A DNA stretch of 64,000 nucleotides from Eledone cirrhosa (lineage: Eukaryota), in contig OZ024742.1 in the NCBI GenBank assembly GCA_964016885.1, forward strand, positions 134,540,001 to 134,604,000. Reading direction: 5' to 3'. Of the stretch, positions 52,790 through 64,000 are shown piece after piece. Position 1 is the stretch's first letter. Each line of letters starts with the position of its first letter. The notes under the pieces were generated by a model that searched no databases, was not told the DNA's origin, and was given only the letters and a program-made list of their open reading frames with translations. The position numbers and the translations under genes were made by a program.

Positions 52790-53918
52790 TGTGTGTGTGT
52801 ATGTACGCATGTATGTATGTGTGTGTGTGCATGTGTGTTATGTGTGTGTATATGTGAGTGTGTTTGCATGTGCATATATATATAAATATGTATATATATA
52901 TTTAACAACAACTGTATCATAGACACCCTATACATTTCCGCGGGTACTTAGTGACTGTGGGGTTATTAATCTCATTTTATGTAAATTCTCCCATGTGTAG
53001 AGAAAAAATGCGTTGTTTACCTAGCTGCTATTTTTTAGTGGTGTGGCAGACAACACGTCTATGCTACTTCCGCTTCTACTAACGACCAGTTCGCGTTTAC
53101 GGCCCCATTCGATCCTGCACTAGCTGGCTGTGGGACTTTATGTCCTATGTAAGGGAAAATGCTTTCTGAAGAGCAGAACTTTCTATTGGAAGTCCCTCAG
53201 ATTTCCAATCTTTTGGGAGGCGAAACCGTCGGTAAAAGCAATATGGATAGGTAAATATTTAAATTATAGATTTTGAATCTATTTTGAAAGATTGTTTGAA
53301 TTTTACTTGTTCCCCTGATCTCATTTTATATATATATATATATATATATAAATTTTAGTACCGCATTAACGAAGATTTAGACTGCGGCTAAGCTAACGAA
53401 TGCAAATTAGGAATGTAGCTTTAACACTCGATGGAGAATAATACCCCAGAGTAATAACAATACGGTTAGACAGCTTTGCAAATCAAATATAGCGATGGCA
53501 GTCCAGCCGCATTGCCATAGCAACGAAAAAGGCTGGACTCAGGAAAAGATTATTAACTGACCTGGACCATCACGCGGTGACCGAATGCAATACATAACGC
53601 ATATCGTATAGCATACGATATACATCACATACAACATACAAAATCCACGCTAGGTTTCTGTAAATCCGAGATCGACTAATTCCTCTTGCAGGGGTCTGCA
53701 AGTTAATGGCCTTTGACGACAGAACAAAGGATTTACTTCGTCAACAAGTCTTGCGTTCTATAGCCTCAGCGGGTGTGTTCTAGCAGTAAAATTTCGCTAT
53801 AGCACGTGGTTTTCTCCAAGGGAGGTAACACCCGTTTTGGCGGTGAATTCGAAATTTCAGACAAGTGATGAAATTCCCTTAGACAAACCGAATTAAGCAC
53901 TTAACCAGAAGTTATCAA

Positions 53919-54031
<113 letters not shown>

Positions 54032-57000
54032 TTTGTACATATGAAGACTGATATTTGGAACACATGCGTAATTAACGAAACATTTATCCGACAAAACAAA
54101 AGTGAGATTTAAAGAGAGATTATGTGTATGTATGTGAGAGCGTATGAGAATGAGTGAGAAAGAGTGAGAATAAAAATAGTGGGTGCGAGTGTGAAGGAAT
54201 GCATCATGTCTTATATTGTAGTGTATTCTCTCTGAATTGAAAGATTGATAAATGAATGTGTAAAGATAAATTTAAAAAAAAAGAAAACGGGATTTGACAT
54301 TGAAACATGGATGCCGCCATGATGATCACATTATAAAGAAAGAAGTATTGCTTCCAGTATTGGGAGACATATATTCTAAGACCTCTAATGAAGACGTATT
54401 GGATATCTATTATATATGTTATAAGTAATGTTAAAATTTCAGTCTAGACACACATACATTTAAAAATGAAAGTAAAACTTTATCTGTATAAAAGAATAGA
54501 ATATACACAAAAGAAAAATGTTGAAAACCTGCAAAACTACAATAAGCACAGAGAGAGGATATAGTCACACATTATATGCAAAGATTAAATGTGTGTACAA
54601 GAGCGTATAGTCATACACGCCGCATGCGTGTATATAGGTATGAAGTAGTGTACTTGTTGACATTTATATTAGTGAGAATATATGGATGTGTATATATATG
54701 TATCCGTATAGCAACCTGTCTATCTACGTGTAAATGCCTGATCGTGTTTGTGTGTCTCCATGAATGTGTGTTTATGTGCGGGTTAATGTGATTGTATATC
54801 TGTTTATATAGTCGTATAAAAAATACTTCTCAGATGTAATTATGAGATTTCAGAAAAAAAGAACACAGAATTCTTACGAGAATTTAGTTTGATATTTATG
54901 TATGTTATCTCAGTAAGTGATATCTCATGAAGCTATATCTTAATTTGCATTGCTTGAAATTCACAGCTTTTTTCAATATTCGCTTTGACACTCAGAAAAT
55001 GTCAATGCATGCATCAATAATTAAGCAATAAAGAGAGGCTAATGTTGCTATGATCTTTGTATTCATTACCCAGCTGATGAGGTAGTGGTGATAATGTTGT
55101 TGTTTCCCGATATGCAGGTAATTTCAGATAGCGGTGAGTGAATACGTTTTAGTGCTAAGGACGGATAATGATTTTGAAGACATGGTGGATTTTAAATGAT
55201 TTTTCCATTTATTTGTGGAGTGGGGGTTAGTTTTGAGGTTAGAAGACTGATACTGAAAAACAATAAATGTGTGTAGGTAATGTCATTTATTCTATGATGA
55301 GATCGGTAAGGATGAAACGAAATTGGGAGCTGGATGTAAACCGTGGGCTATAGATTATCAACACTTGTATATGAGGATGATTCATTAATATTGTAATAAT
55401 TATTTTGTAAAATCATATACATTTTAGATTAGCATGCCCATGTCTATTTCTAAGTTTTAGACTAAGATTATTGTGAATATATGTTCAGATATTCAGCAGT
55501 GTCAGTTTTTCCATGCTTTTCCTATGTTCACATATTTGGCTTAAAATAGTCGTATCAGAATTTCATAATATTATCTATTTAATTGTATTTTTAGATTGAT
55601 CAAGTTTAATATTTTTATTTGTACTAGAACCCATTACTGAATTTCACATTCACTTCTAAACTCTCTTTCAATACATAGGATTGAAACATATATTTCATCT
55701 TATTAATACTTATTTATTTCCATACGTCCTTGATATGTATACTCTTCATCAATACATTTATATATTACCAACTTTTAAAATTTCCATATAAAATTATTGA
55801 TTTTTTCTTTTAAGTGAGACATAAGCAATACATTTAAAATTGATTGAAATCAACATTTTTATTCAGTACGATATGAAGTCTACACATTTATATATTTAGA
55901 TTATGTTGTTCTGTTCGTATTTCCAGTTTTTATGTAACTTTGATCAGCTTTTAAAAATAAATTTACATTTTCAATAGCCGTTGAATATTGGATTATCAAT
56001 AGGATTTAAACTATATTTATTAACTCCACACCCCTGAGCAGGATTTGGAGAGGTGTCACTTGAATAGATTAGCGCACTAAATATATTAAACCAAAATATT
56101 TAGTTCATGAATAACAGGAAACTTGAACAAAAAATTTCTCATTTACATGTTATGCATAAATCATTTGAACATGAATTATTTCTAGCTCTGCAGGGATATA
56201 GTATTTTGAAAATGAATATATTTCCCACATAAATATAGTAAGCGGAATCCAAATACAGGGAACTCAACTGATTACTAAAAATAGCGAATCATGTAGAATT
56301 TAGTTAGTTCGCCTACTACCTTTTTTTTTCTATTACCGCTACAACTGATTCTGTTCCTCGGACCTAGCTGTTCTCTAACACATTCTCAACTCTCATCATC
56401 TAATTTTCATCCATTCTCTGCTCATCTGGAGCTGGCAATGGTTATTGTGAAGTTTATTTTAACCTTTTTATGATTGTAATTAAAATAATCTATATACTAT
56501 TTCAATTAATCCCGTGCTATTCTGTCCGTATAACCAATACTATTTTGGTCAAGAGTTTTGGCTTAATTCATTTCTGAGGCCATCATTATCAATGAAACTT
56601 AAGGGTCAGTCCGACACGTGATCTCGGCGGACAGGATGGAGATGAAATTGGCCCAGAGGATAGTGAGGGGGTATGCAAGAACAGTCATTCTACCTCACGA
56701 GGCTCACACTGGGTGTAGCCAACTCCGCTCCGATACCATTGAATAGTTATGGGGTCCGGGGGCCAGGAACGTATGTTGTATTTGGGACTACCATTTTAAA
56801 ATGCTGGATCGTACAGCATAAAAATAAATCTTTAATAAATGTGTGTGGTAAAACAAACAGCACAGATAGAAGGACGAAATAATGCAAAAGAAAGTAAATA
56901 ATGGGATAGAAGAAATTAAGCTGTGGTGTATGTCCTAAATAGAAAGCTAATCATAGATATATAGTTAAATAAAAGAACAATGTCGTCGTTGATCAAAATG

Positions 57001-57674
57001 AAGTGAGCGTATATATGAATATGTATGAAAATTGAGAAAACGCATATGTAGAATATTGTCAAAGGCAGTGATAGGCAGTGATAGGCAAAATTGTTTCATA
57101 GAAGAGAGACCAACGGTCAGTGGTCAACAGAGTGAAAATCCATAAGGTGTGTGACAGGCAGATGCAATACAGAAAATACTTAAATAGGAGGAGGCGAAGG
57201 GGAAGTGTGTTGGCACGTAGATGTGACTGGGAGAGGAAATACAGAAAATCCTTGTAGAAGAAAAGTTTACACACACACACACACGTGCGCATCTTCACTC
57301 ATATCACCTTCCAATCCAATAATTAATATCCATCCCAACTATGGATCTGCTATCTTAGTACTCTTACATATCATTGTTTATGCATATATATATGTCATAT
57401 ATTCATATTATTAATGCTTGATCGATGCGGTTGATCTCTACCTTAGGTTTCAAAACCTGCCGCTCCAGTAGACATAACGTTTTACTATAGTCTACTTGGT
57501 GATGTTTTTTATTAAACAAGCAGATTAGATAGCCGACCTTTATTCATGTGATACCTCCTGAAATCAATAGCAGGAATGGAGGGAATGGTGTATCTTATGG
57601 TAGTCAGTGTGAGTAACTCATATGTTTCGAAGTTTTTAAATGTACATATACTCATATTATATATACATATATAT

Positions 57675-59798
57675 ATAACGAAGGAATTGTGGTAAGGAAG
57701 CAGATGGACCATAAAGCACCAGAGTACTCAATACTTAGGGCAGTAGAGTGGGTAATAGGAAAATGTATGACCCCGGCGGCAGAGCTCAAGCTGTTTTGAC
57801 GGCTATTTCTTGACTAAATTAGAATGTTTAGCGTGGTAAATAAATAGCCAAACTTTTCAAGGTGTAATTCCCTATATGGGAAGATTGTAGTTGTCAAAGA
57901 ATTGGACTTTGCCAAAACACTCACACCCATCATCTACCAGGAAAGAAATATCATTCTCCACGCCAGGAAGACAGTGCTACTTTTCGACAGCTCCAAGTAG
58001 ATAAAGAGAGCTCCTTACTCCCCCTCGACGTCAGTATGGGCGCGACCTATTCCGCCGAGATAAGCGATCTTATAGGATTATTCCTACTATTTAAACTCAC
58101 CGAAATGTTTTCTGCATTCGGCGATGGATTGTACTGAGACGATGGGCTCCTTACTCTCAACGGGTACAACACCAGTAGTACAGACAGGGTCCGTAAACAA
58201 TTAATCAACTTCTTCCGAGACTCGGGATTTAAAATCCCCCTACAAACGTGCCTAACCCGAGTCAATTTCCTGGACGTTACCCTCAACCTCGAAAATGATC
58301 TGTACTACCCATACAGGAAACCAAACGATGACCTGCACTACATCCACCGCCGCCCTAACCATCCTAGAAACATCACCAACAACCTGGTTAAAAACATCTC
58401 CCTCCGCATATCTCGTTTGTCCGCTAATGAGCAGATATTCGATGAACATGCGCCTCATTACAACCAGGTTCGCAAGCGAAGGGGCTTCCGGGAGAAAATA
58501 TCCTTTTATCCAGCTCCCCTTAGTGGAACCAGCAGGCGACGCCGCCGCTCACGCCACGTTACGTGGTTCAACCCCCCTCAGAATGTCGAGGTGGCAACAC
58601 TTATCTGGAAAATCTTCTTTAGGCTCCTCGAAAAAACACTTTCCCCTACAACACCGCTACCACAACATAATCAACAAAAAGTCCAAGATAATAACATAAC
58701 ATACAATCTTACTTGGAGATTACTGTCCAGGGCTAACTCTTACACGGGAGGACGCCGTCCGTGTAACTTACGCTCGGAGGAAACATTACAAATGCTGTTT
58801 ACGAAGGACCAGCTCCTAAACAAAAAAGATAAACTTGTAACTGCATGAACACACCGATTGCGTAGGACTTACCTTGCCCTCAAACCCCCTAATGACCCAG
58901 GTGGGTAGACAATGGCTGCAACATCCCACTTGCCGAATAAGATAAGGGAAACCCCACCTTACATAGGTAGATGTACCTCTTTTCTTTTCCTTTGTTTTCT
59001 TCTTCCCTTTGTCTCCTCCTATCACTTCCTTCCATTCCCTATCTTCCTCCTCTTCCTTTTTCCCCTTTAGCCTACCCAGAGGCAGCCCATCGGGCCTTTG
59101 TAGCCTCAGTACCCCCACCCCAGTAAATTAAAAATAGCATTGGCCGTAAATGCAATACAAACTAATTATAGCAGCTGTTTTAGACCCCAGAGATTTTTTA
59201 TTACTTCTTACTGCACAATTCTATAATTTCAAAAAATTCTAGTATCTTCTATTCTCATCTTATTAACCTATTCTATAGCATTGGCCGAAAACGCATCACC
59301 AACTAAATGTAGCAGCGTTTTTAGACACTACAGTTGTTTGGGGTTTTTTTCACTTCTTACTATCCAATTTTATATATTTATATATTTTTCTATTATTTAT
59401 TTATTATCTCTTAATCTCAACTGTTTACCTATTCTATAATGTCCCTTCTCTATTTTCTCCAGAATCTTCGCCTACTACAGCAGTCCTAGTTTCATACACA
59501 ATCCTTAGAATTTGCTGTATAGATTTCACTTTCAATGTTTGACCGGCTCCACCCTCTCCCTCATTGTTCTACAGGGAAGTTCAGCCACCCCCACCTCCCA
59601 TCCACAGCCATGATAGACATAATTGGTGTGTTTACAAGAAATGTTGCCAAATCCTCGTGACAACTACAATCTTCCCATATAAGGAATTACCCCTTGACAA
59701 TTTCGGCTATTTATTTACCACGCTAACAATTCTAATTTAGTCCAGAAATAGCCGTCGAAGCGGCTTGAGCTCTACCGTCTGGGTCATACATTTTCCTA
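57675..59798 (+). mobile_element. 5'-truncated PLE (probably Hydra-clade type) with inverted terminal repeat
   Basis: Coding remnant 57900-58860: DVSMGA..SAEISDLIG, GLY*DDGL, VNFLDVTLNL, YRKPND, NHP, VTWFNPP, CNL..EE, LLNKK. 57755-57896 is the reverse complement of 59658-59798. Confidence 0.85.
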
Positions 59799-59819
59799 TA
59801 TATATATATATATAAATAT

Positions 59820-61561
59820 ATATTTATTAAAATAACAGATTAAAGTTTAAGCAAAGAATCGCTGCTTTCACCCTTAACGGGATCTTCTGAAACTAACAAA
59901 GTCAATCTGTAAACGCAGAACTGGATATTTCAAAAAACGTTGCAACCGGAGGAAGACAGGAAGACGATACTTTGGTTCATGGTGACGTTCGCTGGCAAAG
60001 AACGGGAAAAAACGAATAATACGTCATTAATAGGAGCGGTGAAAAACAATTACGTGCAAGGACAGAACCACGTTTATGGTATAAAAGAGGTCGTAGACTA
60101 ATGTTCTCTAAGTGGTGCATAGAGACGTTCTCAGGCAATGAACGAAAAAACGAAGATAATAAGTCATATGTGGAGCGTGGAGAACAATAGCGTGCAAAGA
60201 CAAAACCACGTAAATGGTATAGCAGAAGTCGTAGACTACAATTCTAACTAGGAGACCGAATGAATCTCCGCTACAGAGTTAAGAACAAAGTAAATAAATA
60301 CAATACAGAAGTAATAGGAACAAATAAATACATACACGCAAACAGATACGTACATACACAAGCATAGGCAAAACCTTACCATAGGTATACAAAACCACGC
60401 ACATATAAATATGTGTGTGTGTGTATGCTTGTGTACAAATAAATAAATAATTATATAAACGTATATAAGTAAATAAATACGTATATAACAAGCGCACACA
60501 CCTACCTACAAGTAAATACATGAAGGTTCGGAGACGTAAGTCAACTAAAACAAGAAGTACACATATACACACCACACACCCACCATACGTACGAACCTGC
60601 ATACTCACGCAGACACAAAACTCCAATATACACATAACCAAGCCCTAAATACCAGAATATGTAAAAATGATACGCCAAAACAGTCAAATATACGTACGAG
60701 AAGGTATACATACATCCACAAAACATACGGGTAATATATACTTACCTATGCAAAAAGTAAAGGAATAAACAAAACATATACATAGCTCCCACATCAAGAC
60801 GTAAATATCCACGTATAGATCGTGCTATCCGTTAGGGTATAACGTAGGGCTGTAATACAGGAAAGTTTTGTGCAATTTATGTTTACAAGCCGAAATTGCC
60901 TCAGATTTTTTGTTTAAGATGTGGTCTGTGGCGTAGAGTATTTCCAGGGCCTCAGCGGCGCAGAGGTCACATGGTCTTTTATTTCCGTATACGATCTAGC
61001 CCTAGCTAGGATCTCCCAGTGTAACTTATATTGGGTGTGGTTGTCTTTTAGACTCCAGATATAAGCTGAAAGTGACGTCATATTCCTTCTTAGAGGGTAA
61101 CGAAAAGAATGGGTATGCATGTAAAGACGCTGCTTGAAACTGTTGGCGGTTAACCCTATGTAGGTCCTACGGGACGTGGGTATTACAACCTTACATTTGT
61201 AGACAATGTTACTAGAGAGGCATTTCCCGGATAGGGGACAATCAGCCCGATTCCTACAATTACAGTTAGTACTAACTACAGGGTTGCACGTGTTCCTACG
61301 GCTAGGTATTTTAGCTAAATTTGAAGCTGTGATGTTATGTGCAAGGTTAGGAGTCGTTGAGTAAGAAATTTTAATAGTGTTTCTATTAAAAATTGTACTA
61401 TATTTATGTGTAGGGGGAAAATGCTTCGCAGAGATTCTTTGCTTAAACTTTAATCTGTTATTTTAATAAATATTTGTTCTTCGGTTCTTATATATTTGAT
61501 ATATATTTTCCTTTTCGAGCCCTCTCTGGATTTTAGTCTTCAATTTTATTATTATTACTAT

Positions 61562-61562
<1 letters not shown>
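59820..61562 (-). mobile_element. family B PLE: GIY-YIG remnant (60900-61430) + 3' UTR + inverted terminus/tail
   Basis: KHFPPTHKYSTIFNRNTIKISYS, CNCRNRADCP, YIGLTANSFKQR..H, LSAYIWSLK. 61432-61475 is an inverted copy of 59820-59860 and runs on into the tail. Confidence 0.88.
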
Positions 61563-61646
<84 letters not shown>

Positions 61647-61708
61647 CATATTTATATATATATATATACATATTTATATATATATATACATATTTATATA
61701 TATATACA

Positions 61709-61766
<58 letters not shown>

Positions 61767-61852
61767 CATATATATATATACATATTTATATATATATATA
61801 TACATATTTATATATATACATATTTATATATATATATATTTATATATATATA

Positions 61853-61929
<77 letters not shown>

Positions 61930-62143
61930 GTATACACACACATACATATATATATAATGTTTCATGCATTACACACTATATTGAGTAACATCGAAATGCA
62001 GAGTTTTTCTCCATAAATTACATCACTGACTTAAAATCAATCATCATTTTCTCGCAAAAAAATATGTGATACGCAGCAAGGTGCGAGTAATTCGGGTAGT
62101 TATATATATGTTTCGATTGTTTTAAATTCACATATATTCATAT

Positions 62144-62213
<70 letters not shown>

Positions 62214-62789
62214 GTTCAAGAGTAACCAATCTTAAAGAGAGAGATGGAGATAGTAGAGTAGATATGAGAGGAGAGATTGGTGAGTTAGTTAGAAGCCAAA
62301 GCGTAAAGGCAAGTGCTCAATGTGCAATATGCAGTAGTAAAGCAGCTAGGTGGCTGGGTTCATGCAGAACTTAGGTGTGGAGAGCTGGAAATATTCATTA
62401 GTTAAACAAAACAAGGCCACACACTTCACAAGGAAGACATATTAAAAGATTGTCAACATATTTTAGTTTGATGTAAGGAATGTAGAGAATAATAATAATA
62501 ATATTGATAATAATAATGTCCGTTTACAATTGTTTCGCTACTCCATATAATATTTCTGGATTAGATGATTATATATCATAATTGATCTGGTTCAGTTGAA
62601 AATAATTAACATATTTAAAAAACATTATTGTTACCCATAGGCAGATCTCACACAATGCAGCCTCGAAAGATGAACACTGCTTGATTATGGCTGACAACTG
62701 ATGCAACCAAAACACCATAGTAAAAACCAATATATGGAATACTATATTATGTAACATTATCCCATTATTTTAATTTATATTCCTTTGAA

Positions 62790-62910
62790 GTTCCGATGAG
62801 CCACTCTGTTTTTTTAAATATGTTAATTATTTTCAACTAAACCAGATCAATTATGATATATAATCATATAATCCAGAAATATTATATGGAGTAGCGAAAC
62901 AATTGTAAAC
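62790..62910 (+). ncRNA. hammerhead-like motif with ~82-nt loop II
   Basis: gtt-CCGATGA-GCCACTC-(82 nt)-GAGTAGC-GAAA-caattg-TA-aac. Confidence 0.5.
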
Positions 62911-62959
62911 GGACATTATTATTATCAATATTGTTGGATTGCATTATTATTATCAATGG

Positions 62960-63148
62960 TCGGTGGATTGGCAGTATCGGTAGAGGGTCGGACGCCATGA
63001 TTTCCAGCATAGTTACGTCTCTTTACGATCTGAGTTCAAATCCCGCCGAGGTTGACTTTGCCTTTCATCCTTACGGGGTCGATAAAATAAAGTACCAGTA
63101 ATGCACTGGGTAATTGCTGGCCTTGTGCCTAAAGTAGAAACAATTATT
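62960..63148 (+). mobile_element. family H SINE inserted in one arm of the inner inverted repeat
   Basis: Full SINE consensus flanked by a duplicated ATTATTATCAAT. Absent from the opposite arm at ~62505. Confidence 0.85.
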
Positions 63149-63258
63149 ATCAATATTATTATTATTATTCTCTACATTCCTTACATCAAACTAAAATATG
63201 TTGACAATCTTTTAATATGTCTTCATTGTGAAGTTTGTGGCCTTGTTTTGCTTAACTA

Positions 63259-63331
<73 letters not shown>

Positions 63332-64000
63332 GGATATATGTCAATTTTAAAAAAATCGAAACATATATATAACTAGCCGAATTACTCTCGCCATTCTGCC
63401 TTTCACACATTTTTTTGTGGGAAAATGATGATTGATTTTAAATCGGTGATGCAATTAATGGAGAAAAACTCTGCATTTCAATGTTACTCAATGTAGTGTG
63501 TAATGCATGAACAATTGGAAAACATTATTTTTTGTAATATATCAAATCAAAATTACATTGTTAAATTATATTATTATTTTGTTTCTTGTAAATAATTTTT
63601 TTCAAAATATCAATTCAAAGCTTTTGTGAATAGGCATGATGTCTTGTCATTTACCTATAATTTAAATTCATATAAATCGAAGGGAAAACATTTTCAGCTG
63701 GGTTTTGTGCCCCCGGGGAACCCTTTGATTAAAATGAAATATACTGATCCAAGTACCCTGGGCAATGTAGTTTCAGAACATATCTGTTTATGGGTTCTAT
63801 CTCCAAAACCATGGGAGGAGTTCGTGAAATCTTGTTCCATTTATTGGCCAAAACGTTCACTCTAGGGGTTTAATCCCCATTAGGGTGTCTTACTATTATT
63901 GAAATTTGCTAAAATTTAGTGAATCGGTGCCATATCTTGTTATTTACCTATGGTTTAAATTTCATATAAATCGAAGAGAAAACATTTTCAGCGGGGGTTT

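Larger units (their letters stand above)
61957..63514. repeat. nested inverted repeats
   Basis: Outer pair 61957-62145 / 63325-63514. Inner pair 62395-62624 / 62807-63262. Confidence 0.85.

Noticed and set aside
53160-53240. CTGAAGA-gc...gc-GAAA-ccg-TC
   Set aside because: No adjacent helix I, single copy and long variable spacer. Compatible with chance.
59690-59762. TTGACAA...GAAA-tagccg-TC in the Hydra-type terminal repeat
   Set aside because: No helix I. A competing hairpin CGGCTATTT/AAATAGCCG explains the sequence better.

Overview
AT-rich animal genomic DNA with no recognisable host protein-coding gene. The SINE repertoire and microsatellite load suggest a mollusc such as an octopus (inference only). 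The window is dominated by (TA)n tracts, and many contain insertions of Penelope-like retroelements (PLEs; RT plus C-terminal GIY-YIG) or their non-coding terminal repeats (pseudo-LTRs, pLTRs), arranged as tandem arrays and inverted or palindromic pairs. The main hidden signal is a set of minimal type-I hammerhead ribozymes (HHRs), about 20 motif copies found by eye in at least 6 repeat families. They have palindromic helix III, covarying helix II and, in several families, the compensatory U3-A8 core (UUGANAA). One family forms ~421-bp HHR-delimited tandem units resembling retrozymes or circRNA templates. Another is a tRNA-derived palindrome that appears to use the same (TA)n-targeted pathway. 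Also present are tRNA SINEs, RTE-, Tx1-, R4- and CR1-like LINE remnants and a Helitron fragment. Family labels A-I are my own. All structures were read by eye and none has been tested for activity.
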